56,592 nucleotides of DNA from Clostridiales bacterium UBA1380 (GCA_002305445.1 DBRA01000071.1:18162-74753); one strand, 5' to 3'; counted from the first letter of the stretch, positions 35,989 through 45,881 are shown. Notes: generated by a model from the letters alone, not told the origin. Made by a program: numbers and translations.

Positions 35989-38388
35989 ATGAAGCTGCCA
36001 ATGAAATGGCTCGCCGACTTCACCGACGTCGGCGATATAGATATAAAGGAATACTGCGACCGCATGACCGCCACCGGCTCGAAGGTCGAGGGGTGGGAGC
36101 GGCTCTCCGAAGACGTGCAGGGCGTCGTCGTCGCTCGCATACTGAAGTGCTCGCCGCACCCCGACGCCGACAGGCTCACCGTTTGCAGCGTCGATGCCGG
36201 CGCGGGCGAAACGATACAGGTAATAACAGCCGCGAAGAATGTCTTCGACGGGGCGATTGTGCCGGTTGCGAAAAACGGCGCTAACCTCCCGGGCGGCGTA
36301 AAAATCAAGACGGGCAAGCTGCGCGGTCTGCCCTCCGAGGGTATGTTCTGCTCCATCGCGGAGCTCGGACTGACGCTGCACGACATGCCGGACGCCGTCG
36401 AGGACGGCATACTCATCTTAGACGAAGATTTCGCCGACAAGATCGGTATGGACATCCGCGCCGCGCTCGAAATGGACGACTGCGTCGTTGATTTCGAGAT
36501 CACGTCAAACCGTCCGGACTGCCTCTCCGTCATCGGGCTCGCGCGCGAAACCGCAGTCAGCTTCGACAGGGAGTGCCGCATTCCCGCGCCGGCGATCAAG
36601 CGCGCCGACGCCGCCGACGACGTAAAGAAATACATCGATGTGAGCATCGCGGCGCCGGAGCTGTGCCTGCGCTATTCCGCCGCCGTCGTTAAAAACGTGA
36701 AAATCGCGCCGTCGCCGCTGTGGCTGCGCATGAGGCTGCGCGCCGCCGGTGTCAGACCGATCAATAACATCGTCGATATAACGAACTACGTCATGCTCGA
36801 ATACGGCCAGCCGATGCACGCGTTCGACTACACGTGCCTCGACGGCGCGAAGATTGTAGTGCGCCGCGCCGCAGAAGGCGAGCCGTACAGATCTCTTGAC
36901 GACATCGACCACGTTCTGAAGAGTTCGATGCTCGTCATCGCCGACGAGAAAAAGCCGGTCGCGCTTGCGGGCGTCATGGGCGGCGCAAACAGCGAGATCA
37001 AGGACGATACGGCGACGGTAGTGTTCGAGAGCGCTTGTTTCGACGGGCCGTGCGTCCGCCTTGCCGCGAAAGCGCTCGGCATGAGGACGGAGTCGTCCTC
37101 GCGCTTCGAAAAGGGGATGGACCCCGAAAACACGATGCCGGCGCTTCTGCGCGCGTGCGAGCTTGTCGAGCTGCTCGGCGCCGGGACCGTCGTCGACGGA
37201 GTGATCGACGTTTATCCGGGCAAAAAGCCGATGCCGACGCTGCCGCTCGACGCCGACAGAATCAACCGCTTCCTCGGCGTATCGCTCACGCGCGAGTACA
37301 TGGAAAAGGTCATGACCGATCTCGGTTTCAAGGTCGCCGACGGCTGCGTCACGCCGCCGTCGTGGCGCGGCGATATCGGCTGTATGAACGACCTTGCGGA
37401 GGAAATCATCCGCATTTACGGCTATAACGAGATAAAGTCGTCGCGCTTCTCATCCGAGGTGTCCGAGGGCGGACGTACAGCCGAGCAGAATTTCGCCTGC
37501 GCGGCGGTCGATGCGCTCGTCGGCATGGGGCTTGATGAAATCGAGACTTTCTCGTTCATCTCGCCGAAGTACTACGACAATATCGGCATGGCCGCGGATG
37601 ATGCGCGCAGAAAGAGCGTCGTCATATCGAACCCGCTCGGCGAGGACACATCCGTCATGCGCACGACGGCGCTGCCGTCCATGCTCGAGGTGCTCGAGCG
37701 CAACAACAACTACGGAGCCGAGTCCGTCAGGCTGTTTGAAGCGGCGAAGGTATATATCCCGAACGAGAGCGCCGACGAACTGCCGGATGAAAAAGTCGTT
37801 TACACCATCGGCATGTTCGGCGGATGCGACTTCTACACGATCAAGGGCGTCATCGAGGGACTTCTCGGCGCGCTCTCCGTCGACGGCGCTTCGTACGTCG
37901 CGGCCGCGGAGCTGGGATACCATCCGGGGCGCTGCGCGAAGATAATCGCCGGTGAAAAAGTACTCGGCGTGTTCGGCGAGCTTCACCCCGAGGTCGCGGA
38001 GACGTTCGGCTTCACGCCAGCGAAGCGCGTCTACGCAGCCGAACTCGACTTCGCCGCGCTCTACGCTGCGCACACCGCCGTCCGCCATTATTCGCCGCTG
38101 CCCAAGTTCCCCGCAGTCACGCGCGACTTCTCGTTCGTCTGCGACGAATCGCTTACGGTCGGCGAGATCGAAAAGGTGATGGCCGAAGCCGGCGGCAGCC
38201 GAGTCGAAAGCGTCAGGCTGTTCGATATTTACCGCGACGCGCGCATCGGCGCGGGCAAAAAGTCGCTTGCCTTCTCCGTCACGCTGCGCGCGCCCGACAA
38301 GACGCTGACCGACGAAGAAGCGGATAAGGCGGCCGCGAAGATCGTTAACGCGCTGAGAGACAAGTGGGGCATCGAGCTGCGCAAGTAA
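35989..38388 (+). CDS. pheT: Phenylalanine--tRNA ligase beta subunit
   Basis: 799 aa. N-terminal MKLPMKWLADF, tRNA-binding, B3/4 and B5 domains, and an anticodon-binding C-terminus. AGGAG RBS. Confidence 0.95.
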   Translation: MKLPMKWLADFTDVGDIDIKEYCDRMTATGSKVEGWERLSEDVQGVVVARILKCSPHPDADRLTVCSVDAGAGETIQVITAAKNVFDGAIVPVAKNGANLPGGVKIKTGKLRGLPSEGMFCSIAELGLTLHDMPDAVEDGILILDEDFADKIGMDIRAALEMDDCVVDFEITSNRPDCLSVIGLARETAVSFDRECRIPAPAIKRADAADDVKKYIDVSIAAPELCLRYSAAVVKNVKIAPSPLWLRMRLRAAGVRPINNIVDITNYVMLEYGQPMHAFDYTCLDGAKIVVRRAAEGEPYRSLDDIDHVLKSSMLVIADEKKPVALAGVMGGANSEIKDDTATVVFESACFDGPCVRLAAKALGMRTESSSRFEKGMDPENTMPALLRACELVELLGAGTVVDGVIDVYPGKKPMPTLPLDADRINRFLGVSLTREYMEKVMTDLGFKVADGCVTPPSWRGDIGCMNDLAEEIIRIYGYNEIKSSRFSSEVSEGGRTAEQNFACAAVDALVGMGLDEIETFSFISPKYYDNIGMAADDARRKSVVISNPLGEDTSVMRTTALPSMLEVLERNNNYGAESVRLFEAAKVYIPNESADELPDEKVVYTIGMFGGCDFYTIKGVIEGLLGALSVDGASYVAAAELGYHPGRCAKIIAGEKVLGVFGELHPEVAETFGFTPAKRVYAAELDFAALYAAHTAVRHYSPLPKFPAVTRDFSFVCDESLTVGEIEKVMAEAGGSRVESVRLFDIYRDARIGAGKKSLAFSVTLRAPDKTLTDEEADKAAAKIVNALRDKWGIELRK

Positions 38389-38430
38389 CCGGTAGGCTAC
38401 GTCAAACCGGCGCCGTTGCGCTTATAATAA

Positions 38431-38457
38431 AAAAAGCGGATATAATCCGCTTTTTTT
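38431..38457 (+). terminator. Rho-independent terminator after pheT
   Basis: AAGCGGA / TCCGCTT stem with a 5-nt loop, flanked by an A-run and a T-run. Confidence 0.7.
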
Positions 38458-38533
38458 ATATGGCTTGCAGGTCAGCATCCCGATGCTCCTTTCAATGATT
38501 TCGTTGCATATATAGCGGATTTATGCTATCATA

Positions 38534-38567
38534 TTAATATAATCAGCAAATTAATATAATCAGCAAA
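38534..38567 (+). repeat. Perfect 17-bp tandem duplication (TTAATATAATCAGCAAA x2)
   Basis: Copies at 38534-38550 and 38551-38567, immediately upstream of the ybaK-like RBS. Each copy carries a TATAAT hexamer. Confidence 0.9.
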
Positions 38568-38582
38568 AATCCGGGGAGCGGC

Positions 38583-39056
38583 ATGGGTAAAAAGGACGAA
38601 AAGACAAACGTCATGCGCCAGCTTGACAAGCTCTGCGTCGAGTATGAATATTTCACATACGACAACACGCAGACGAACGCCGCGGCTATAGCCGAATCGC
38701 TCGGGCGCTCGCCCGCAGAGGTGTTTAAAACGCTCGTCACCGTCGGTCGCTCGGGCGAACACTATGTGTTTATGATACCGAGCGCCGCCGAGCTCGACCT
38801 TAAAAAAGCTGCGCAGGCGGCCGGTGAAAAATCGATCGCAATGATACCGCAGAAGGAGCTTCTGCCGCTGACGGGCTACGTTCACGGCGGGTGCTCGCCG
38901 ATCGGCATGAAAAAGCGCTTCCGCACGTTCATCGATACTTCGGCGCTCGATTACGAGCGTATATTATGTTCCGGCGGCCGCGTCGGCCATCAGGTGCGGC
39001 TGCGTACCGCGGACTTGATCGAGGTCGCGTCGATCACGCCGGCGGAACTGGTCTGA
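38583..39056 (+). CDS. ybaK: Cys-tRNA(Pro)/Cys-tRNA(Cys) deacylase YbaK/EbsC family
   Basis: 157 aa. YbaK-type layout with KTLV, GYVHGGCSPIG and ERILCSGG motifs. Confidence 0.8.
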   Translation: MGKKDEKTNVMRQLDKLCVEYEYFTYDNTQTNAAAIAESLGRSPAEVFKTLVTVGRSGEHYVFMIPSAAELDLKKAAQAAGEKSIAMIPQKELLPLTGYVHGGCSPIGMKKRFRTFIDTSALDYERILCSGGRVGHQVRLRTADLIEVASITPAELV

Positions 39057-39114
39057 CACGGCGCAGCGGCGCACGATTTTCTCAAAACGGGTTAATCGGA
39101 GTGTATGAGCATAT

Positions 39115-39149
39115 AAAACAAAAGAGCGTTTATCACGCTCTTTTGTTTT
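39115..39149. terminator. Bidirectional rho-independent terminator
   Basis: 14-bp stem AAAACAAAAGAGCG / CGCTCTTTTGTTTT with a 7-nt loop, between convergent genes. Confidence 0.8.
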
Positions 39150-39152
39150 ATG

Positions 39153-39320
39153 TTATTTCTTTTCGACCTTTTCGAAATCGCTCTTCGGGGCGCCGCAGAG
39201 AGGGCATACCCAATCTTCCGGCAGGTCTTCCCACTTCGTTCCGGCGGGGATTCCTTCATCCGGGATTCCGACCGCTTCATCGTAAACATAGCCGCATACA
39301 ATGCATTCGTACTTTTCCAT
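39153..39320 (-). CDS. Rubredoxin (55 aa; below the ORF-track length cutoff)
   Basis: My translation: [55 protein letters not shown]. It shows canonical CxxCG...WxCPxCG rubredoxin motifs. AAGGAGAAGG RBS. Confidence 0.9.
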   Translation of the reverse strand: MEKYECIVCGYVYDEAVGIPDEGIPAGTKWEDLPEDWVCPLCGAPKSDFEKVEKK

Positions 39321-39453
39321 AATCCTTCTCCTTGCGCAAATTTCGGTTTACAAATCGAAACCGTATGATTTATTATACCATATAATCCAAAGATTAGACA
39401 ATAGAGAAATCAAATTTTGTAACCGGATAAATAACTATTATTTACAGGGCGCA

Positions 39454-40518
39454 TCACCTTGTATAATCGGCGCAGGCCTGTATATAGGCGAGAACATTTT
39501 CGAGCGGAACCTCCGGCTCTAAAAGGTGCGTCGGGCAGACATATAGCCCGCCTTCGCGCCCCGCGATATCGAGATTCTTATAAACCTCGCGGCGCACATC
39601 CTCCGGCGTGCCGAACGGCATGACCGACTGCGTCCCTATCGTACCGTGGAAGCTGAGGCGGTCTCCGTATTTATCGTGAAGCTCGCGGAAATCCATGCAT
39701 TCGGGCTGAACCGGATCGAGGACATCGACGCCGGCCTCGATTAAGTGCGGTATCAGTTCGGTTACGCGGCCGCACGAGTGGTAGAATATCACGACGTCTG
39801 GGTTGTATGCGCGCGCGGCGTCGATGACGCGCTTAAGCCGCGGCTTGAGCCACTCGTCATAAAGCGATTCGCTCATCATGATGGTGTGCTGCATGCCGAC
39901 GTCGTCGCCTAAGAAGATCACGTCGGCGCCGGCTTCGGCGAACGCTTCGGCGCGCATGACCGCTGTATCTGTGACGCGGTCGAGCAGCGCCGTCGCCATC
40001 TCGTCCCCCGCCATCATGTCGCACATAAGGTTCTCCATACCGCGCATATACCACGCTGTCTCCCATACGGTGCACTGCATGCCGCCCATGACGGCCAGAC
40101 CGTTCGCGTGGTGCGCCTCGGCCTGCTTCTTCATTTCGGGCACGGCGGTTTTGTCAAACACCGGCATGGGATATTCGAGAATCTGTTCGACGGAATCGAA
40201 AGACTCCATCGGGTGGTGCATGTACGTCATATGGAACGCGGCGGCGGAGCCGGGCTCGTGCGCAACGCCCCAGCCGTCTATATGCGTGCCGGGCTTGAAC
40301 GTTTTGCCGGCGTAATACCTTTTCTTAAATGTATCCGCGTCCGTGCATACTGCCCCGATCCCGCCGATATCCGCGCACTGCAGATCCAGTTTTATCGGGT
40401 GTTCTTTTATGTACTCGTTGTACTTCTGTGCAAGCGACGGGCACATCGAGAAGCTCACCGGCATTCTTTCGTAGCCGGTGCGTCTCGCGATTGACAGATA
40501 GTTCTCGCGATCGGTCAT
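39454..40518 (-). CDS. Uroporphyrinogen decarboxylase (URO-D) family protein, MtaA/CmuA-like
   Basis: 354 aa TIM-barrel with URO-D-family features (FLGDDVGMQ; HSCG). Confidence 0.7.
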   Translation of the reverse strand: MTDRENYLSIARRTGYERMPVSFSMCPSLAQKYNEYIKEHPIKLDLQCADIGGIGAVCTDADTFKKRYYAGKTFKPGTHIDGWGVAHEPGSAAAFHMTYMHHPMESFDSVEQILEYPMPVFDKTAVPEMKKQAEAHHANGLAVMGGMQCTVWETAWYMRGMENLMCDMMAGDEMATALLDRVTDTAVMRAEAFAEAGADVIFLGDDVGMQHTIMMSESLYDEWLKPRLKRVIDAARAYNPDVVIFYHSCGRVTELIPHLIEAGVDVLDPVQPECMDFRELHDKYGDRLSFHGTIGTQSVMPFGTPEDVRREVYKNLDIAGREGGLYVCPTHLLEPEVPLENVLAYIQACADYTR

Positions 40519-40562
40519 ATAAGCAGCCTCCGTTCTATAATCAGATGGCGCCGGTACTGTTA

Positions 40563-41687
40563 TTATTCTGTTTTAAAATCGATCTCGTCCAGGACATTGT
40601 GCGCGTTGTCGGTGAATTTGACGTTGACGTTGCCGTCGGTCAGAGTTATCGCCGCACCGGCGAAGAAATCGGGGTTTTCGCCGCCGAGCGCCGACGCGAC
40701 GATGACCGGGCACGTCTGCCCTTTCGCGTCCTTCGGGTCGCCCGGCATCGTGACATAGCATTTATGGATGTGTCCGCACAGGATGAACTCGGGCCGCACC
40801 GTCTCGCCAAGCAGCTTTGTCCAGTACCCGTATGTGTCCTGCTCGATGTCAAACGGGGGCGGCAGCGTTTCGGTGAACGGGTTGTGCGCGACAACGAAAC
40901 GGTGCTTAACGCCGTCGGCCGCGTACTCGTGTTCGCCGTCGTCCGCGATCTTCTCTATAAAGCGCGTTTCGCGCATACGGAAGTCGTGGCAGCAGATCGT
41001 ATTGCCGTATTCGACCTGATTATCACGCTTATCCTCGCCGCAGTCGAGGACTAAGAGCCAGAGCGGCCCCAGGCGCACCGGATAGTATGAGCGGCCCTCG
41101 TCGGTCGGCGTGTGGTCGGTCAGAAACTCGGCGCACGAGCCGCGCATATCGTGATTGCCGCGCGAGAACACGACGGGCACGCGCCCGCGCGTGATTCCCG
41201 ACGCAATCTTATGGATCGCCGCGAAGTTGGCGATGTCGCCGCTGTGGTTCGGTATATCGCCGTTCAGTACAAGCAGATCGAGGTCGTCGCCGAAAAATGT
41301 TCCGGCAGCGACCGGGCCGTCGACCCGGTTGTGCGCGTCGGCGATGTGGTATATGTGCAGCGTGTCGCCGCGGACGGGGCGGAATTCGGACTCGTAGGTC
41401 TCGACGTCGCCCATCTCCGGATAATACGGTTTGCGGTTGATCACGCGCCTGTAGCAGACGGTGTAACGCCCCGCTTTATCAAGCTCCGCTGCGGGGACGG
41501 TCATTTTATGCGTCAGCGAAGCCGAACTAAGTATGCCGTTGCTGTCGTCGTAATACTCGTTATCGCCGACCTTCACCCACATAAGCGTCGGCTGCGTCAC
41601 GGGAACGATTACAACGTATGTGTCGCGCACGGCGTATATAGTCGGGTGTGCTTCGAAAACTTCGGGAATAGCTGTCATGATAAGCAC
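40563..41687 (-). CDS. Metallophosphoesterase family protein (cytoplasmic)
   Basis: 374 aa. Motifs IADAH, LNGDI, GNHD and GHIH. No signal peptide. Confidence 0.75.
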   Translation of the reverse strand: MLIMTAIPEVFEAHPTIYAVRDTYVVIVPVTQPTLMWVKVGDNEYYDDSNGILSSASLTHKMTVPAAELDKAGRYTVCYRRVINRKPYYPEMGDVETYESEFRPVRGDTLHIYHIADAHNRVDGPVAAGTFFGDDLDLLVLNGDIPNHSGDIANFAAIHKIASGITRGRVPVVFSRGNHDMRGSCAEFLTDHTPTDEGRSYYPVRLGPLWLLVLDCGEDKRDNQVEYGNTICCHDFRMRETRFIEKIADDGEHEYAADGVKHRFVVAHNPFTETLPPPFDIEQDTYGYWTKLLGETVRPEFILCGHIHKCYVTMPGDPKDAKGQTCPVIVASALGGENPDFFAGAAITLTDGNVNVKFTDNAHNVLDEIDFKTE

Positions 41688-41811
41688 CTCAAAATGCAGG
41701 ATTATTATCGCTTATCATATCACAAATCGTACCGAGCGTCAATCGCGCGGCACTTGAAAAGGCATGGATTATGTGATATTATAAGACAAACCGATATATG
41801 CGAGGCTTTAT

Positions 41812-42450
41812 ATGAACGAAGAAGAAAAAATCTTTGCCGGCGTGCTCTTTGCCCCCGGCGACGCGGAGCTTCGCGCAAAGAAACTCCGTTCGCATAATCT
41901 GTGCTCGGAATACAACCGCACCTTTGAGGACGAGACCGAAAAACGCCGTGAACTGATCGCGCAGATCGTCGGCGAGCTCGGCGAAGGCGGCTTTATGCAG
42001 GGGCCGATATTCTTCCATTACGGGAAGCACACCAAGATCGGCCGCAACTTTTTCGCCAACTACAACCTCACGGTCCAGGACGACGCGATGGTCGAAATCG
42101 GCGATTACTGCAACTTCGGCCCGAACGTCACGATAGTGACGCCGATCCATCCGATGCTGCCCGACGAGCGCCGTATGATGCTCGACGAAAACGGAAACGA
42201 GAAGCGCATGTGCTATGCCAAACCGGTGAAAATCGGCAGCAACTGCTGGTTCGGCGCGAACGTGCTCGTCTGCCCGGGCGTCACGATCGGCGACGACTGC
42301 GTGATCGGCGCCGGAAGCGTCGTCGTGCGCGATATACCGCCGCACACCTTCGCAGCCGGCAACCCGTGCCGCGTCATCCGCGAAATAACGGATGCCGACA
42401 GCATGGTGCACAAGCCGTCCGTTCTGAACGGCTGCTCCGTCATAAAATAA
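41812..42450 (+). CDS. Sugar O-acetyltransferase (maltose/galactoside acetyltransferase family, hexapeptide repeat)
   Basis: 212 aa. N-terminal Mac domain (MNEEEKIFAGVLF) and left-handed beta-helix repeats (IGSNCWFGANVLVCPGVTIGDDCVIGAGSVV). Confidence 0.85.
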   Translation: MNEEEKIFAGVLFAPGDAELRAKKLRSHNLCSEYNRTFEDETEKRRELIAQIVGELGEGGFMQGPIFFHYGKHTKIGRNFFANYNLTVQDDAMVEIGDYCNFGPNVTIVTPIHPMLPDERRMMLDENGNEKRMCYAKPVKIGSNCWFGANVLVCPGVTIGDDCVIGAGSVVVRDIPPHTFAAGNPCRVIREITDADSMVHKPSVLNGCSVIK

Positions 42451-42455
42451 AAAAG

Positions 42456-42495
42456 AACCTCGCACATACTGCGTCAGTATGTGCGAGGTTTTTTA
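42456..42495. terminator. Bidirectional rho-independent terminator
   Basis: 15-bp stem AACCTCGCACATACT / AGTATGTGCGAGGTT, flanked by an A-run and a T-run. Confidence 0.8.
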
Positions 42496-42542
42496 ATATT
42501 GCTTGACGCGATCGGTCGAAATGACCGGATGCGTGCGGTTTT

Positions 42543-43661
42543 CTACGCGCTTTCCCTTTCGAAGTAATACTTCTCGTTGTGCGTATGTATGCTCTGCACC
42601 ACTGCGATGCTCAGATACAGCGACAGCATCGAGCTTCCGCCGTAGGAGAAGAACGGCAGCGTTATACCGACGACAGGCAGCATCGCAAGGCACATTCCGA
42701 TATTCTCGACCGTCTGTGCGATCAGGATCGCGGCGACGCCGACGCAGATGAGCGCACCGTAATCCTTGCGCGCGCCGCGCGCCATCACAAGCAGACGCAT
42801 TATGAGAACACCGGACAATATAATATACAAAAACGCGCCGGCGAAGCCGAATTTTTCGCAAAGCACGGCGAACAGGAAATCCGACTCCGCGACCGGCAGC
42901 GACTTATATACCGTGCCGCCGGAGAAGCCGGCGCCTTTAAGACCGCCGGCAGCTATCGCCTTCTTTGATAAAAGCGGCTGATAGCCCTTGTTAAGCGGGT
43001 CAAGCGACGGGTTGAACCCGACAAGAATACGCTCCTGCTGATATGCTCCGAGGTGCTCCCAGATAAACGGGAATATTATGATTGCGGCCACCGCGGCGCC
43101 TATAAAGTACCATATGGAAAGCCCCGCGGCAAAGAGCATCGCGGCCGTTATCGCTATGTATACGAGCGCTGTGCCGAGGTCCTTCGTCAGGAGCAGAAGA
43201 CCGATTATGATACCCGCGTGAACCATCAGCGCAAGGACGTTTTTCGGGTGGTTAATGTTTGCCTTGACTCTGTCGATATGCTTCGAAAACGTGATTATAT
43301 AAAGTATCTTGACGAATTCGGAGGGTTGTACGCTTAAAAAGCCGAAATTGATCCAGTTTTTCTGGCCTTTATCTTCGGAGCCGAAGATAAGAACCGCGAC
43401 GATGGCAAGGCATGAAACGATGAAGATCGGCACCACAAGCTTCGATATGAACGCGTCGTAATCGAGCATCGATATTATCACGACCGCCGTAAGTCCGAGC
43501 ACGACAGCGGCTGTTTGCACGATGACGCACCGCCAGCCGAATGTCTCCCTTCCCCCCGCGAGCGTGATAATGCTCATCGCGCTCATTAAAAGCGGACAGA
43601 AAAAGACGATCGGATCGATCCGCCTCAACCTTTCTTTAACGCTGACCGAATATTCTCTCAC
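42543..43661 (-). CDS. FtsW/RodA/SpoVE family peptidoglycan glycosyltransferase
   Basis: 372 aa, about 10 TM segments. SEDS motifs: QPSEFVKI, ESDFLFA and PFFSYGGSS. Confidence 0.85.
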   Translation of the reverse strand: MREYSVSVKERLRRIDPIVFFCPLLMSAMSIITLAGGRETFGWRCVIVQTAAVVLGLTAVVIISMLDYDAFISKLVVPIFIVSCLAIVAVLIFGSEDKGQKNWINFGFLSVQPSEFVKILYIITFSKHIDRVKANINHPKNVLALMVHAGIIIGLLLLTKDLGTALVYIAITAAMLFAAGLSIWYFIGAAVAAIIIFPFIWEHLGAYQQERILVGFNPSLDPLNKGYQPLLSKKAIAAGGLKGAGFSGGTVYKSLPVAESDFLFAVLCEKFGFAGAFLYIILSGVLIMRLLVMARGARKDYGALICVGVAAILIAQTVENIGMCLAMLPVVGITLPFFSYGGSSMLSLYLSIAVVQSIHTHNEKYYFERESA

Positions 43662-43739
43662 CTTTTAAAAACCCCCGAAAATCCGAAACCGGTCTTCGCG
43701 TTTTCGGCGCGAAGACCGGTGCCGCTGCTGTTATGTAAA

Positions 43740-44537
43740 TCAGTCGTCGAACTCGTCGATGAGCTCATGCATGTTCTTGCTGAGCGTTTCGACATCCACG
43801 GTGCGGCCGCACTCGAACGCGAGCCAACGGTCGTAACCGGTCTCTTTGATCGCCTTGAAAACGTTCTTGTAGTTGATCTCGCCTGTACCGGGTTCGTTTC
43901 TTCCGGGGTGGTCGCCGATGTGGAAGTGGCCGATCAGGTCGATGCCGGCGCGGATGTTTTTGATAAGGTTGCCTTCCGAGATCTGCTGATGATAAATATC
44001 GAAGAGCAGCTTGCAGTTCGGGCTGCCGACTTCGCGGATCATGTCATAGCCTTCGGCGCTCGTCACAAGGTAATAGCCTTTGTGATCCACGAGGATGTTG
44101 AGCGGCTCGAGTATGATCATTATGCCGGCTTCCTCCGCGATGGGAGCCATGCGCTTCAGCGTGTTGACGACGATCTCGTGCTGTTTCTCGCGCGGAACGT
44201 CGTGGCGCTCGTTACCCGTCGTGGCGATAATGTTGGGTACGCCCATCGCCTTGGCGGCGGCTACGGATTCCTTGAACGCGGTGACGAACGCGTCGCTCGC
44301 GTCTTCCCAGACCATACCGTGAGACCACGGCAGAAGCTTCGACACGTTTTCGTCAACAGACTGGATGACTATGGCCGTCGATACGACGCCGGTCTCCTCC
44401 TGAACCGCGCGGACCTTGTCGAAGTCAAGGCCGAGCCAGCCGAGCTGTTCCACACCTTTGAAGCCGTACTTGGCGGCTTCGCGATATCTATTGTAATGGT
44501 CCCCGCCGAACCAACCGCCGGCTGCTGAAAATTTCAT
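43740..44537 (-). CDS. Sugar phosphate isomerase/epimerase (xylose isomerase-like TIM barrel, hydroxypyruvate isomerase family)
   Basis: 265 aa. Motifs ILEPLN, FDIYHQQ and HFHIGD. Confidence 0.75.
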   Translation of the reverse strand: MKFSAAGGWFGGDHYNRYREAAKYGFKGVEQLGWLGLDFDKVRAVQEETGVVSTAIVIQSVDENVSKLLPWSHGMVWEDASDAFVTAFKESVAAAKAMGVPNIIATTGNERHDVPREKQHEIVVNTLKRMAPIAEEAGIMIILEPLNILVDHKGYYLVTSAEGYDMIREVGSPNCKLLFDIYHQQISEGNLIKNIRAGIDLIGHFHIGDHPGRNEPGTGEINYKNVFKAIKETGYDRWLAFECGRTVDVETLSKNMHELIDEFDD

Positions 44538-44767
44538 CGTTTTTTCCTCCGTTTTATGTACTGGTATACCCGTCGTCTATTCTATCATTACGGTAGCGCA
44601 ATGTCAACGATGTGTGCGAATTATTTCATCAAAATGCACATAAAGGTTTATTCCGCATGCGTGTGAAAACATATGATTTCCGTCTATATTTATCATCTAA
44701 ACCGACAGAGGCGTCGTGCAGAATAGTACGGGTTTAAATCCGCAAACGGCAACATCCGCGGGCCGCC

Positions 44768-44796
44768 TTGAATTGATGACCGGTGTGTGCTATAAT
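44768..44796 (+). promoter_or_regulatory. sigma-70-type promoter (extended -10) for the dehydrogenase/ene-reductase/SDR genes
   Basis: TTGAAT (44768-44773), 17 nt, TGcTATAAT (-10 hexamer at 44791-44796). Confidence 0.55.
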
Positions 44797-44841
44797 TGTC
44801 AATAATTTAACCGGTAAATATATAAATAAGGAAACCTGACC

Positions 44842-45849
44842 ATGAAAAAGAAGGCTGCATTTATCTGCAACAGCGCCAGTACGGTCGACCGGGTGTATTA
44901 CCCGGAACTGCGCGAAAAGATGAGCGCCGTTTTCGACTTCGCCCCGTCCGTATACGGTTCGCGCGAGCTTGAGGGGAGCCTTGACGAGCTTTCCGACGCA
45001 GTGTATCTTTTCTCGACATGGGGAATGCCGCATATTGAGAGCGCTGACGTCCGCCGCTTCTTCCCTTCGGCGAAGGCGCTCTTCTACGGAGCCGGTTCCG
45101 TCCAGGGCTTCGCGCGCGAGTTCCTCGAAAACGGCATCGCCGTTTTCTCGGCATGGGGCGCGAACGGCTACGCCGTAGCCGAATTCACCGTCGCGCAGAT
45201 ACTCCTTGCGACAAAGGGGTATTTCAACCGCATACACCGGCCGTCGCACGGTGTTTGGGACACGCGCAGCACTCCGTATAACTTCACCGGCAACCGCGGC
45301 GCGAAGATCGGCATCATCGGCGCGGGAATGATCGGCAGACAGGTAATCAACATGCTCAAATACTTCGGCGGCTTCGATGTTTTCGTATTCGATCCGTTCC
45401 TGCCCGACGATGCGGCCGTAAAACTCGGCGTTGTCAAAACCGATCTTCACACGCTGTTCTCGACGTGCGGCGTCGTGTCGAACCACCTCGCCAACAACGA
45501 GAAAACGCGCGGGATGATCGACTACTCGTGCTTCTCGCTCATGCCCGAAAACGGCGTTTTTATCAACACGGGGCGCGGCGCGCAGGTCGTCGAGGACGAC
45601 ATGATAAGAGCGCTGAAGGAATACCCCGGGCGCATTGCGCTCCTCGATGTGACAGACCCCGAGCCGCCAAAGCCCGATTCAGAGCTGTATAAACTCGAAA
45701 ACGTGTTCCTGTCGCCGCACATCGCGGGCACGCTCGGCAACGAGGTCTGGTCAATGGCTGACGTCATGTGGGAGGAATGCCTTGCGTTCGACGCCGGCGA
45801 GCCGACGCGCTACGGCGTGACGCTCAAGATGCTCGAAACGATGGCGTAA
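44842..45849 (+). CDS. D-isomer-specific 2-hydroxyacid dehydrogenase family protein
   Basis: 335 aa. NAD motif GIIGAGMIG. Catalytic-region motifs NTGRG, LDV and SPHIAG. Confidence 0.8.
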   Translation: MKKKAAFICNSASTVDRVYYPELREKMSAVFDFAPSVYGSRELEGSLDELSDAVYLFSTWGMPHIESADVRRFFPSAKALFYGAGSVQGFAREFLENGIAVFSAWGANGYAVAEFTVAQILLATKGYFNRIHRPSHGVWDTRSTPYNFTGNRGAKIGIIGAGMIGRQVINMLKYFGGFDVFVFDPFLPDDAAVKLGVVKTDLHTLFSTCGVVSNHLANNEKTRGMIDYSCFSLMPENGVFINTGRGAQVVEDDMIRALKEYPGRIALLDVTDPEPPKPDSELYKLENVFLSPHIAGTLGNEVWSMADVMWEECLAFDAGEPTRYGVTLKMLETMA

Positions 45850-45881
45850 ATACTCCGCTGCATAATAAAGGAGTGCCTATA

